Of a stretch of 64,000 nucleotides of DNA, positions 41,399 through 51,837 are shown in pieces. Each line of letters begins with the position of its first letter. Position 1 is the stretch's first letter. Source of the DNA: Verrucomicrobiota bacterium (GTDB lineage Bacteria; Verrucomicrobiota; Verrucomicrobiia; Limisphaerales; AAA164-E04); NCBI GenBank assembly GCA_047947115.1, contig CP170459.1, forward strand, positions 2,912,001 to 2,976,000. Reading direction: 5' to 3'. The notes under the pieces are model-generated. The model made no database searches, was not told where the DNA came from, and was given only the letters and a program-made list of their open reading frames with translations. Both the position numbers and the translations under genes were made by a program.

Positions 41399-44300
41399 AT
41401 GAAAACCTATTCGCGCTTGGTGGCTTGTGTTCGTGCATCCTTTCGCTCCTGGTCGAGTTCTGTGGAGTGGATTTGTTTGGCGGTGTCTTCTTTGTTTGAA
41501 AGCTGTGTCGAGAATGTACGATATTTTTGTTCTCGTGTAACAGGGCTTGTCAGTGAAACTAATGCGTTGTGTTCCGGCTGGAAGCGTGTTTTGGGCAGGT
41601 TTGGCTGGAGTTTGGTGGCCGCACTCTTCATGGCTCCGATGCTGTTGTTGGGTGAGAGCGAACCTAATGATGTGCTCGGGGATTCGAATGTTCTGCCTCT
41701 TAACGGTCAAATGTCCGGACAGATCCAAAGCCCGGGGGAATATGACTGGTATCGAATCACTTGCCCTGATCCCGGGCGCCTGGAACTGAGATCCGTCAAT
41801 CCGCCGTCCAATCTGCGTGTTGAAATGGCAATGTTTGGCCGCCATGCTCAGTGGATCAGTGTTTACAGGTCTGCGGTCAATCCTGGGGATGATGTTTTTT
41901 TGTCTCTGGATATTGTCGAACCGGGGAGCTATTTCGTCCGATTCCGTGATATGAACAATGCAGTCTCTGAGGGCGATTATACCTTGTTCAATACTTTTAC
42001 TCCTGTTGTGGATCCGAATGAACCCAATGGTGACCTGGGGTATGCGACTCTCGTGGATTCTCGTTCCATGCGTGGGATGATCTTTTCGGGCAATGATTAT
42101 GATTTCTTTCGTCTGTATGTGGAGGAGAACTCGACGGTTGGGTTTACTTTGGAATCGCCGGATGCAATGAGGGGCGAACTGGCCCTCTATGATGAGCATT
42201 ATGGTTGGATGAGCGTTTACACTTCCGCGGTGAATGATGGGGATACGGTATTTCTGGAGCATCAGGTGAATCATTCCGCCTTTTACTACCTGCGTGTCCG
42301 GGACGTACACGGTCGTTCGCACTTGGATGCGTATTCGCTTTCCGTCAGCGGTGGTCGTGTCGGGTTTGTTCCAGCGGAATCCCCAGCCACAACAGAAAAG
42401 GAGAGCAATGACGATTCCGGCCATGCGAATCTCATCGGGATCCAGCAGACGGTTTCCGGGACAATCGGGGATGCGGGTGATATGGATTGGTTTGCTTTTG
42501 ATGTAACTGAACCCAATCAAATGACTTTGTCCATGGACACCTCGTCGGACGAGTTTCTATTGAGAGCCGAGTTCTTTAATCCTTCCAAAGGGCATCTGTT
42601 GACCGGACAGTCGGGGCATCCTGGTGATCCGTTTTCCATGACCTACGACTTTCTTCAGCCTGGCAGGTATCTTCTGCGAGTGAGAAGTTTGAACAACGCT
42701 TTTAATGACACACCCTACCGATTTTCTACGTCTGTGCTTCCTGTGGTTGATCCTTATGAGCCCAACGGCGACTACGGCGATGCGACACCTTTGAGTCAGA
42801 TCAACCAGGTGCAGGGCTTTCTGTTTCCTACAGGGGATCATGATTGGTTCCGGGTTCAAGTGGCAGAGCCGGGAACCTTGACGGCGATCGTCAGTGGTTT
42901 GCCTTCCAACATCACACCTTCCATTGATTTCTTCAATTTGTCCAAAGAACATCGAGCCGGCCGATCGGGAGCCGCCGGTGTGGATTTGCGTGTTTCCTAT
43001 GAAGTGGGAGAACCGGGCACATACCTGGTGCGCATGCGTGACAACGGGGACAATGATGAATCCACACAACCATATACCCTGACCCTGTTGGGCGCATCTT
43101 TTGAATCCTACGCTCCGGTGGCGCGGATTCAGTCTATTGATCCCGGCGCCATCGTCGTTGGAGATGAGATTTCCTTTGAGGGAGTCGGGAGTGATATTGA
43201 CGGATCGATATCGGGGTATGAATGGAGATCCAGCATTGACGGCGTATTGAGTGATCAAGCTACGTTCCGCACCGACAGTTTGTCCGTGGGTACCCATGAT
43301 ATATATTTCAGAGTGTTGGATAATCAAGGCATCTGGTCAACCCAGGTCGGAGAGCTGGTCTATGTTGGCAGCAGCATCTCCGAGGAAATTGAACCGAACG
43401 GCAGTTTCTTTGAAGCGAATGAATTTGCCTTGGAACGTCCTTTGACGGGCAAAGTGGAAGAACGAGGGGAAAATGATTTCTACAAGGTTTATGTGCCGGG
43501 CGCCGGACACCTGCGGGTAGAGTTGACGAATGTGCCGGTGGACCTGCGCATGGAGCTGGCCCTTTTCAACCGTTACTGGGATTGGGTCTCCGTTTCCAAC
43601 ATGGCAACCGAGGCCGGAGACGATGTGGGCGTGAGTATGGATATCACCGAGCCCGGATTGGTTTATGTCCGGTTGAGGGATGTTCAGAGTGTGACGAATG
43701 CTGATTTTACGTACACACTGGCAGCCTATTTCGAGGCCGCTCCCGACGTGTTTGAGCCCAATGGTTCTTTGTTGCAGGCACCGGTATTGCCGAGTGCTCA
43801 AGTGGAGGCCTACCTCTTTCCATCGGGCGACTATGACTGGTACCGAGTTTGGGTGGAACAGGGGCAGACGCTGGTGGCCGAAGTGAATGCGTTGCCGTCC
43901 AATGTGCGGGCGGAAGTGGCTTTATATGGTCGGAACCGCGAATGGCTCAGCCGTTACCAATCCTCAACCAATCCAGGAGACTCGGTGGTTCAGCAAATCG
44001 ATGTCACACAATCCGGTTTTTATTTCATACGCGTGCGTGCGATGGACGGGCGAAATTGGACCGATACCTATACGTTGAATGTTTCGGGTGGGATGCCGGG
44101 GTTTGTGCCGACGCTGATTCCTGTCCAGGAGGAAACAGAATCCAATAATGACATTGCAGACAGCAATTTTGTGTCCTTGGGCAATGTGGTTTCCGGCTCC
44201 ATGGAGCAACGGAACGATGAAGATTGGTTTGCATTTGATCTGCCAAGCCCGGGTTTGCTGGAGGTATCCGTGGATCAAATGCCAGCCGATATGCGTGGAC

Positions 44301-47300
44301 GCGTGCAGCTTTTTCAGGACGACAGGTCGCATGTGGCCACGCGGCAGGCCACCAATGCGGGGGATCCGCTCTTGATGGAGGTTCGAATGACAGTTCCGGG
44401 TCGTTATTACGTTCGAGTGGATCACGTGGGAGGCGATTTTTCAACGCCGCGTCCCTATGTTCTTGGGTTGTCATCCACTCCGATTGTTGACGTGTATGAA
44501 CCCAACCATGAGTTTCAGGATGCCACCCTGATCACCCAGCAGAACCGGGTGCAGGGATACATGTTTGATGTGGGGGATTTCGATTGGTATCGGGTTCGGA
44601 CGCAGGAGGGGAACACCTTGAGAATCACCGTGGGCGATGTGCCTTCCGAGATACGGCCGCAGATAGAATTGTTCGATTTTCATGAGGGGCACAAAGCGAC
44701 CAAACGCGCCACCAATGAAGGGCAGTCCATCACCTTGGAATATGTTGTTCCTGCGACGGGTGAGTATTCCATTCGCATTCGGGATGTGGGGGACAACAAT
44801 TTTTCAGCATCGCCTTACACGTTGTTGATTGATGGAGCCACCTTTGAATCCTATGTACCGATGGCGTTTATCGACGAGATGATTCCGAATCCCGCTGGGG
44901 AAGGGGAAATGGTTCAGTTTGTCGGGCATGGAGAAGATGCCGACGGATCGATCATTGGTTATGAATGGCGATCTTCGGTGGATGGTGTGTTCAGTATTTC
45001 TCAAAACGCCACATCGGAGGGGTTGAGCACGGGGGTGCATGAAATATTCTTCAAAGTCAAAGACAACCATCAAAACTGGTCCCCTGAGACTTCCGAAATT
45101 CTTTTCCTCGGTGTGCCGGCGCCTCAGGAAGAAGAACCCAATGACATCGCGGGTTCGGCGACCCTGATGGAGCTCGACCGTCAGTACAAAGGGCGCATTG
45201 ATCGAAATGGAGATTATGACTGGTATCGGATTCCTGTCACCGGGCCGGGAACCCTGGTGCTCCAACTGGTGAATCCCTCCGACGTCAAAATGCGCGCCGA
45301 ACTGGCCATGTACTCGCCGGATTTGGGCTGGGCCGGTGTGAGCACCACGGCGGACAATGAAGGGGACTCATTAACCCTTCGGTGGGATCTCAACGAGGCG
45401 GCAGATTATTTCCTGCGATTGAGAGATGTGCATAATCGTGTGGATGCCGAATACACACTTTCGGCCCATGTGGATTTGGTGCCGGACCCGTTCGAACCAA
45501 ACCACAACTTCACCACAGCTTCTCCGATCGGGACGGACGATGTCCTGGAAGCCTACATTTATCCGCGTGATGATCATGACTGGTACGAGGTGACCTTTGA
45601 GACACCAGGAACCTTTCATGCTTCGTTGACGTCCGTTCCGGAATCGATGCGAATCGAGATCGCCATGTATGGTCCGGATCTTAACTGGTTGAGTGTTTAT
45701 TCCAGCGGAGGAAACCCCGGTGACAATGTGTTTCGCGACTATGACGTGTCCCAGCCGGGAACCTACTTCCTGCGTGTGCGGGATACTGCTTCAACACGGA
45801 ACACTGAAGATACTTACACCTTGACCACTTCTTTCGAACCGGTAGTGGATGTGTTTGAGCCGAACCATGACTGGTGGCATGCTTCCCGGATAACCCAGAG
45901 TCCGGTTCAGGCTTATATCTTTCCCGGAGGAGACTATGATCATTACCGATTGTATGCGCCGGGTGGCGGTCCGTTGGATGTTTCCATTGAGCAGGCACCG
46001 AGTCATATGCGTATGGAACTGTCCCTTTATGACACGCATTACAATTGGATGTCTGTTTACAAAAGCGCGGCTGCTGAAGGCGATCCGGTGGCTTTGCATC
46101 TCGATGAAGCCAGCGGATATTATTATCTGAGAGTGCGCGAGGTCGATAATGACCGGTCGCCGGTTGAGCCTTATCAACTCAGTATTCAGGGGGCGGTTCT
46201 GGATCATGTCACTTCAACAGAACCCATGGAGACAGAAACAGAACCGAATGATCGATTCGCGTTCGCAACGGTCATTCAGATGGGGGAAGTCACCGGTCTT
46301 TACCAAGGCAATGAAGACTGGTTTCAATTCGAAGTCACGACACCGGGCGAGTTGGCGGTGGAATTGTTGTCCCCCGAAACCAACCGGGCACAATTGAATC
46401 TGTATGATCGAAATGCCCAGCATCTGATTGGCAGGGATTCTGAAAACAAAGGTGATCCGTCCAGATTGGTGTATCCCATTTCAAGGCCGGGTTGGTATGC
46501 GCTGCGCGTGTTGGACGCGGACGGCGCGACAAGCGATGAACCGTATCAACTCAGTGTGGTGCTCCATCCTGATCCGGATACACACGAACCCAATCCATCC
46601 TATTCGACCGCTGAACCCCTGGCGCTCAATGTGCCCGCAGTGGGGAATATTTTCCCAACCGGAGATCAGGACTGGTATCAATTCGAAACGACTGAAACCG
46701 GCACTGTCCAATTCACGGTGCTGAACGAATCGACCCATGTTCAAACATCCTTGTATGTCTACAATGAGGAACTTGTTCAATTGCTGAGGTATGATGCTTT
46801 GCACATTCAGCAACCCGTTGAGACGTCTCTTTGGCTCGAAACACCGGGTTTGTATTGGGTGAGAATTACGGATCGAGCGGATAATGCCTATTCGCTGCAG
46901 TCTTATACGTTGACGGCGCGGTTCGCCCCGGAAGTCGACGTGTTTGAGCCGAATGATCGTTTCAGGGATGCAACCGATATCGCTGAGATCAACCAGATCA
47001 AGGCGATCATTTATCCCGCCAACGATTGGGATTGGTATCGGTTTGATGTGGCGGAGGCCGGACGGATTCGTCTGCAGGTTTCACAGCCTGGTGGTATCCA
47101 GCCCGATATCCGGTTATATGACGACAGCGCTTCACAACTTGCTCGTGTGGCGGCGCGCAATACGGGCGAAACGGTCCTGTTGGTCTATGATATCTCCATA
47201 CCGGATACTTATTATGTAGCGGTCAGGGATGACGATGAAGCGCGCGTCAGTACAGAGCCTTATGTTCTTACTTTGGAAGGAGTTGCCACGCTTCACAGCG

Positions 47301-50300
47301 CACCCATGGCCGAGCCGCAGTTTGATCTCTCTCCCAACCCCGTCAGGGTGGGGCATCCCGTGACGTTATCTGGTGAAGGCAGCGCCATCGGGGGCTCCAT
47401 TGTGGATTACGAGTGGACATCCAATTTGGACGGTGTTCTTGGCCGGTCAGCTTCCCTGACGGTTCAGGAATTGCAGCAGGGGATTCACTCCATTGGATTG
47501 CGCGTTCGAGACAGTCAGGGCACATGGTCCGGGCGAGTGGATCAAAACCTGGTTGTCGCGTCCGATATATGGAGCGAATCGGAATACAACAATTCCTGGG
47601 AAACAGCGTACTCCATTCCATTGAACACTTGGGTGACAGGTCACATTGCGCCTCGTGGGGAGTATGATTTTTATCAAATCTACGTTGAACAATGTGGATT
47701 GGTGCGCATTTTGTTGGATGCGGTTCCATATAACCTGCGTCCTGAAATTGCCATGTTTGGTCCAAAGGGGGAATGGTTGGGGATCAGCTCATTACCACCT
47801 AATGCGGGTGAATGGGCGGATGTTGCCTGGTATGCGACCCCCGGTTATTACCACATCCGGATACGCGACGTGAACAATGCCACTCATGTGAACCCTTATG
47901 CACTCAAGGCCTTTTTCGATCCGGCCGGTGATCGGTTCGAGCCCAATGGATCATTCTCGCAGGCCACGCCGATAGGGGTGGATCAGATGGTGGAAAATCT
48001 GACGATTTGTCCAAGGGATGACCAGGATTGGTTTCGCATTGACGCGACTGAAGCCGGTCGATTGACCATGAAAGTCGTCGATCCACCGGAAGGGATGCGT
48101 TCCGAGATGGCGATGTACAATCGTGATTTTGGCTGGATGAGTGTTTATCACAGCGCGCTCAATGCCGGGGAACCGATAGATATGAGCTACGACATCACCG
48201 AACCCGGAACCTACTTTGTCCGGGTGCGGGATTTGAACAGCGGAGGGCATACCGAAAGTTATGCGTTTCAAACAGAATTCACCCCTGTGGTGGATCCGTA
48301 TGAGCCCAACGGTGGACACGGAGTCGCTACCTTGTTGAAGGCATCGACCGTTCAGGCTTATATTTTCCGTGGGGGGGATGAGGATTGGTATCGTGTCTAT
48401 GCTCAGGAAGGCTCGCTCATACGTTGTTCCGCTTCCGCCGTGCCTGAATCACAGAGGACGGAACTGGCCCTCTACGGTGTTGAACGGCAGTGGCTGAGTG
48501 TTTACAACCAGGCCAATCATTCCGGTGACACGGTTCACCTGAATTATACGGTTCCCAGAACAGGGTTCTACTATCTGCGTGTGCGGGATACCAATGGAGG
48601 ATCGCATTTGGCACCCTACACCTTGACGGTGGAAGGGGATTTGGAATATGGATTCGAGCCTGAGTTTGCACCGGTCATCACCGAAACGGAAGACAACAGC
48701 GAGTGGTCCACCTCCAATGACATCGCCTTGGATACGATGGTCTCTGGAGCTGTAGAATCGAATGGTGATGCCGACAGGTATCGGTTCTGGATCAATGCAC
48801 CCGGCATCCTGCAGATTGAACACACACAGGTGCAGGAAGCCATCACTTCGGAAATCTGGGTTTACAACCCTCATTTCAATCAGATTGCCTATCGAACCAC
48901 CACCAATCCGGGGGAGGACAACCTGCTGGAAGTGGCCCTGACCGAGCCAGGTTGGTATTATCTGCGCCTCGCAGATCGGGGCAATAACCACTCATCGCCC
49001 GATCCATATCAGTTGAGGCTGAACCATACACCGGTCGTGGACGAGCACGAATACAATGATGGTTTGGGAGCAGCGACGCCGCTGGGTGAGGCAACTATTC
49101 AGGGATACCTCTTCTCCGGAGACGACGTTGATTGGTATCGGGTTTACGTAAGAGAACCTTCCACCTTGTCAGTTTCTCTTGTTGAAGTTTCGGATGTGAA
49201 CCGGCCTCGGTTGCGGATCTATGATTCCGATGGGGGAGAGCGTGGGAACTGGGTGAATACCAACGCGGGTGTGACAGGAGAAAACGTGATTGTTTATGAA
49301 GCCGTCACACCCGGTTTCTATTACGTACGCGTGAATGACGAGGATCGACGTTACTCTGCCGATCCTTATTCCATTCGAATTGAAGGAGCCGATTTTTCAC
49401 GCGCACCTTCATTGGATGCCATTGGCGATCAAGTCATCGAAGCCATGATTCCTTATGCGCTTCGCGTTTCAGCCAAGGATCCAGATAATCCGGAAGCCTT
49501 GGTCTATTCAGCAACCAATCTGCCTCCAGGCGCTCGCTTTGATCCGGTAACCAGACTGTTGGAGTGGACCCCTTTGTTCAATCAAGCGGGAACCTATTCG
49601 GGTGTGACGTTCGAAGTGAGTGATGGTGATTTTTCCGATAGTGAAAGCATCACTCTCACAGTGGAAACACATAACCTGGCACCCGTGCTGGATCGGGTCG
49701 GCTACCGGAATATTCTGGTGGAATCGGAATTCAGATTGACCTTGTCGGCGATCGATCCGAACCCCGGAGACACACTTGCCTATTCCGCTGAAAACCTGCC
49801 GCGAGATGCGGTGTTTGACACAGACACGGCGACTTTTGTTTGGACGCCTTCCACAAATCAGTTGGGTGAACACGGCAATATTTTGTTTGTTGTGACCGAT
49901 GGTGTTCGATCCGATTTCGAGTATGTCACCCTGAATGTGGTGGAAGAACTCGAGCCGGAGGATCCTCGGGATGTGTGGTGGGCGACCCACTTCACCGAAT
50001 CCGAACTGTCTGATCCAAATGTGAGCGGGATGGATGCCGATCCAGACGGAGATGGCATGACAAACGGACAGGAACTGGAAGCGGATACGAATCCAAAAGA
50101 CCCTCATTCGTTGCTGCAGATTTTTGGATTTGCATCTGACGGTGAAAACCTCGAGATAAGCTGGCGGGGTGGTCGTGATTCCATTCAGTATCTGCAATTC
50201 CGAAGCAGATGGGATGCGGATTCCGAGTGGCAAACCATTCATACCTTTGAACCACCGACCGCCATTGAAAACAGTGCGACGGATGATCACTTGGAAGGGA

Positions 50301-50338
50301 TGGAGAGATACTATCGTATTCTGGCCGAAAGGCCGTAG
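41399..50338 (+). CDS. giant secreted/surface protein: about 19 PPC-like repeats, 3 PKD-like domains, 2 He_PIG/cadherin-like domains and a C-terminal PVC-type module
   Basis: 2979-aa ORF with repeats E/D-x-x-EPN...D-x-DWY...PG-x-Y-x-x-RV; DG-x-I-x-x-YEW-x-S PKD-like units; NLP-x-x-A-x-FD...W-T-P Ig units; DPDGDGMTNGQE. Confidence 0.88.
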   Translation: MKTYSRLVACVRASFRSWSSSVEWICLAVSSLFESCVENVRYFCSRVTGLVSETNALCSGWKRVLGRFGWSLVAALFMAPMLLLGESEPNDVLGDSNVLPLNGQMSGQIQSPGEYDWYRITCPDPGRLELRSVNPPSNLRVEMAMFGRHAQWISVYRSAVNPGDDVFLSLDIVEPGSYFVRFRDMNNAVSEGDYTLFNTFTPVVDPNEPNGDLGYATLVDSRSMRGMIFSGNDYDFFRLYVEENSTVGFTLESPDAMRGELALYDEHYGWMSVYTSAVNDGDTVFLEHQVNHSAFYYLRVRDVHGRSHLDAYSLSVSGGRVGFVPAESPATTEKESNDDSGHANLIGIQQTVSGTIGDAGDMDWFAFDVTEPNQMTLSMDTSSDEFLLRAEFFNPSKGHLLTGQSGHPGDPFSMTYDFLQPGRYLLRVRSLNNAFNDTPYRFSTSVLPVVDPYEPNGDYGDATPLSQINQVQGFLFPTGDHDWFRVQVAEPGTLTAIVSGLPSNITPSIDFFNLSKEHRAGRSGAAGVDLRVSYEVGEPGTYLVRMRDNGDNDESTQPYTLTLLGASFESYAPVARIQSIDPGAIVVGDEISFEGVGSDIDGSISGYEWRSSIDGVLSDQATFRTDSLSVGTHDIYFRVLDNQGIWSTQVGELVYVGSSISEEIEPNGSFFEANEFALERPLTGKVEERGENDFYKVYVPGAGHLRVELTNVPVDLRMELALFNRYWDWVSVSNMATEAGDDVGVSMDITEPGLVYVRLRDVQSVTNADFTYTLAAYFEAAPDVFEPNGSLLQAPVLPSAQVEAYLFPSGDYDWYRVWVEQGQTLVAEVNALPSNVRAEVALYGRNREWLSRYQSSTNPGDSVVQQIDVTQSGFYFIRVRAMDGRNWTDTYTLNVSGGMPGFVPTLIPVQEETESNNDIADSNFVSLGNVVSGSMEQRNDEDWFAFDLPSPGLLEVSVDQMPADMRGRVQLFQDDRSHVATRQATNAGDPLLMEVRMTVPGRYYVRVDHVGGDFSTPRPYVLGLSSTPIVDVYEPNHEFQDATLITQQNRVQGYMFDVGDFDWYRVRTQEGNTLRITVGDVPSEIRPQIELFDFHEGHKATKRATNEGQSITLEYVVPATGEYSIRIRDVGDNNFSASPYTLLIDGATFESYVPMAFIDEMIPNPAGEGEMVQFVGHGEDADGSIIGYEWRSSVDGVFSISQNATSEGLSTGVHEIFFKVKDNHQNWSPETSEILFLGVPAPQEEEPNDIAGSATLMELDRQYKGRIDRNGDYDWYRIPVTGPGTLVLQLVNPSDVKMRAELAMYSPDLGWAGVSTTADNEGDSLTLRWDLNEAADYFLRLRDVHNRVDAEYTLSAHVDLVPDPFEPNHNFTTASPIGTDDVLEAYIYPRDDHDWYEVTFETPGTFHASLTSVPESMRIEIAMYGPDLNWLSVYSSGGNPGDNVFRDYDVSQPGTYFLRVRDTASTRNTEDTYTLTTSFEPVVDVFEPNHDWWHASRITQSPVQAYIFPGGDYDHYRLYAPGGGPLDVSIEQAPSHMRMELSLYDTHYNWMSVYKSAAAEGDPVALHLDEASGYYYLRVREVDNDRSPVEPYQLSIQGAVLDHVTSTEPMETETEPNDRFAFATVIQMGEVTGLYQGNEDWFQFEVTTPGELAVELLSPETNRAQLNLYDRNAQHLIGRDSENKGDPSRLVYPISRPGWYALRVLDADGATSDEPYQLSVVLHPDPDTHEPNPSYSTAEPLALNVPAVGNIFPTGDQDWYQFETTETGTVQFTVLNESTHVQTSLYVYNEELVQLLRYDALHIQQPVETSLWLETPGLYWVRITDRADNAYSLQSYTLTARFAPEVDVFEPNDRFRDATDIAEINQIKAIIYPANDWDWYRFDVAEAGRIRLQVSQPGGIQPDIRLYDDSASQLARVAARNTGETVLLVYDISIPDTYYVAVRDDDEARVSTEPYVLTLEGVATLHSAPMAEPQFDLSPNPVRVGHPVTLSGEGSAIGGSIVDYEWTSNLDGVLGRSASLTVQELQQGIHSIGLRVRDSQGTWSGRVDQNLVVASDIWSESEYNNSWETAYSIPLNTWVTGHIAPRGEYDFYQIYVEQCGLVRILLDAVPYNLRPEIAMFGPKGEWLGISSLPPNAGEWADVAWYATPGYYHIRIRDVNNATHVNPYALKAFFDPAGDRFEPNGSFSQATPIGVDQMVENLTICPRDDQDWFRIDATEAGRLTMKVVDPPEGMRSEMAMYNRDFGWMSVYHSALNAGEPIDMSYDITEPGTYFVRVRDLNSGGHTESYAFQTEFTPVVDPYEPNGGHGVATLLKASTVQAYIFRGGDEDWYRVYAQEGSLIRCSASAVPESQRTELALYGVERQWLSVYNQANHSGDTVHLNYTVPRTGFYYLRVRDTNGGSHLAPYTLTVEGDLEYGFEPEFAPVITETEDNSEWSTSNDIALDTMVSGAVESNGDADRYRFWINAPGILQIEHTQVQEAITSEIWVYNPHFNQIAYRTTTNPGEDNLLEVALTEPGWYYLRLADRGNNHSSPDPYQLRLNHTPVVDEHEYNDGLGAATPLGEATIQGYLFSGDDVDWYRVYVREPSTLSVSLVEVSDVNRPRLRIYDSDGGERGNWVNTNAGVTGENVIVYEAVTPGFYYVRVNDEDRRYSADPYSIRIEGADFSRAPSLDAIGDQVIEAMIPYALRVSAKDPDNPEALVYSATNLPPGARFDPVTRLLEWTPLFNQAGTYSGVTFEVSDGDFSDSESITLTVETHNLAPVLDRVGYRNILVESEFRLTLSAIDPNPGDTLAYSAENLPRDAVFDTDTATFVWTPSTNQLGEHGNILFVVTDGVRSDFEYVTLNVVEELEPEDPRDVWWATHFTESELSDPNVSGMDADPDGDGMTNGQELEADTNPKDPHSLLQIFGFASDGENLEISWRGGRDSIQYLQFRSRWDADSEWQTIHTFEPPTAIENSATDDHLEGMERYYRILAERP

Positions 50339-50353
50339 TTGAACCAAAGCCAC

Positions 50354-50386
50354 AAGGCCCGGGATTATTTCCCGGGCCTTTACTTT
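50354..50386 (+). terminator. hairpin terminator between convergent genes
   Basis: AAGGCCCGGGA-TTATT-TCCCGGGCCTT followed by TACTTT. Confidence 0.75.
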
Positions 50387-50447
50387 CCAAACGGATGATA
50401 AATCATCTCAGGCTGCTTTGTTTGAGTTAAGCCGGTTACCTGTTGGT

Positions 50448-51830
50448 TCAACGGATCGATGCCTCATCGACTTTGATCGGGAATTTTGCCCTTGAGGTAT
50501 TGAGCCATTTTTGCAGATCACTCTTTAGTTCGACGGCCTTATCGGAATGAGCGGTTGCAAGATTTTGAGTTTCTTCGATGTCATTGGCCAAATTGAAAAG
50601 CTCCACGGAATCATCGTCATAATAATGGATCAATTTGTAATCGCCTTTTCTGATCGCACTGCCCAGGCGGTTTCGTTTGTGGAAGGCGTAGTTTGGGTAA
50701 TGAAAATAGATGGCAGGTCGTTGAAGGGGTGATTCGCCTTTCAACATGGGGATCAAACTTACCCCGTCACAGACGGTTTGTTTGGGGAGAGCCACACCGG
50801 CCGCATCCAACAGTGTCGGGAATAAATCCGTACTGATCACCGGCGTGTTGGAAACGATATGTTCCTGAACTTTACCCGGCCATCGAATCATCCAAGGCAC
50901 ACGAATACCACCTTCGTAGAGGTAACCTTTGCTCGATCTCAAGGGGAGGTTTTTGAACAGGGAACCATTGTCCGATGTGAAGACAACGAGCGTGTCAGAG
51001 CGTTGTCCCGATGTGTCGATATGTTTCAACACGCGGCCAATCGCTGTGTCCATGCCTTCAATCATCGCCAGGTAGGCTGGATCATTTTTGGTTTTCTTCT
51101 TTTTATATTTTTCGATGAGATGTTCCGGTGCCTGGATGGGATAATGAACGGAGTAATTCCACCAACAAAGGAAGAAAGGTCCTTCGCGCTCCTTGTCCAA
51201 AAACGAAATGCATTCATCCGCCAGACGTTCCGGCAGGTAGTCGCCATCCTTGCGCGGAGTGATCGCCGGGATCCGATAGGGTTCGAAATAACTGGGAGGT
51301 CCCCCATAGTCGCATCCGCCCACATTGAGATTGAATCCCTGATGTTCGGGACGAAGCCTGGGTTCCAGGCGTCCTGCAGTGTCGCTTCCCTTGTGATGGG
51401 ACAAGTGCCATTTGCCGATAAATCCCGTATCATACCCGGCTTCATTCAAATACTCCGCAAGCGTTTTGTAGGCCAAACTCATGTAGGTGGTCCACTCGGC
51501 CCCCTTGAGATGTGAGTCGGGAGAAATGTAATCGGGATTACCCGGCGCGTGATTGGTGATGTGCAACCGGGCAGGGGATAGTCCCGTCATAATGGCTGCC
51601 CGCGTCGGTGTGCAAACCGGCGCGGCAGCATACCCATCGGTAAAACGTATTCCTTCGGATGCTAAGTGGTCGAGGTGTGGCGTCTCCACCTCCTGATTGC
51701 CCTGACAATGCAAATCCGCCCACCCCAGATCATCGGCCATGATCAGGACAATGTTGGGTTGTGCGGCTGACAGATTCGTTTGGATGAAACAAATTAAACC
51801 TGCCACAAGGTTCAAGCATTGGGCTCGCAT
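50448..51830 (-). CDS. Cys-type S1 sulfatase
   Basis: PNIVLIMADDLGW, CTPTRA, GKWHL, SVHYP, SDNG, YEGGIRVP. Confidence 0.93.
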   Translation of the reverse strand: MRAQCLNLVAGLICFIQTNLSAAQPNIVLIMADDLGWADLHCQGNQEVETPHLDHLASEGIRFTDGYAAAPVCTPTRAAIMTGLSPARLHITNHAPGNPDYISPDSHLKGAEWTTYMSLAYKTLAEYLNEAGYDTGFIGKWHLSHHKGSDTAGRLEPRLRPEHQGFNLNVGGCDYGGPPSYFEPYRIPAITPRKDGDYLPERLADECISFLDKEREGPFFLCWWNYSVHYPIQAPEHLIEKYKKKKTKNDPAYLAMIEGMDTAIGRVLKHIDTSGQRSDTLVVFTSDNGSLFKNLPLRSSKGYLYEGGIRVPWMIRWPGKVQEHIVSNTPVISTDLFPTLLDAAGVALPKQTVCDGVSLIPMLKGESPLQRPAIYFHYPNYAFHKRNRLGSAIRKGDYKLIHYYDDDSVELFNLANDIEETQNLATAHSDKAVELKSDLQKWLNTSRAKFPIKVDEASIR

Positions 51831-51837
51831 AAAGGGG

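Noticed and set aside
41381..42520. 379-aa antisense ORF, and similar ones at 7824-8858, 10860-11639, 12792-13661 and 49508-50353
   Set aside because: Shadow frames of well-supported genes on the opposite strand with no recognisable motifs
40988..50400. Integrative element at tRNA-Lys or tRNA-Pro
   Set aside because: No integrase, and I saw no duplicated tRNA 3' end in the window; only a short AT-rich patch supports it
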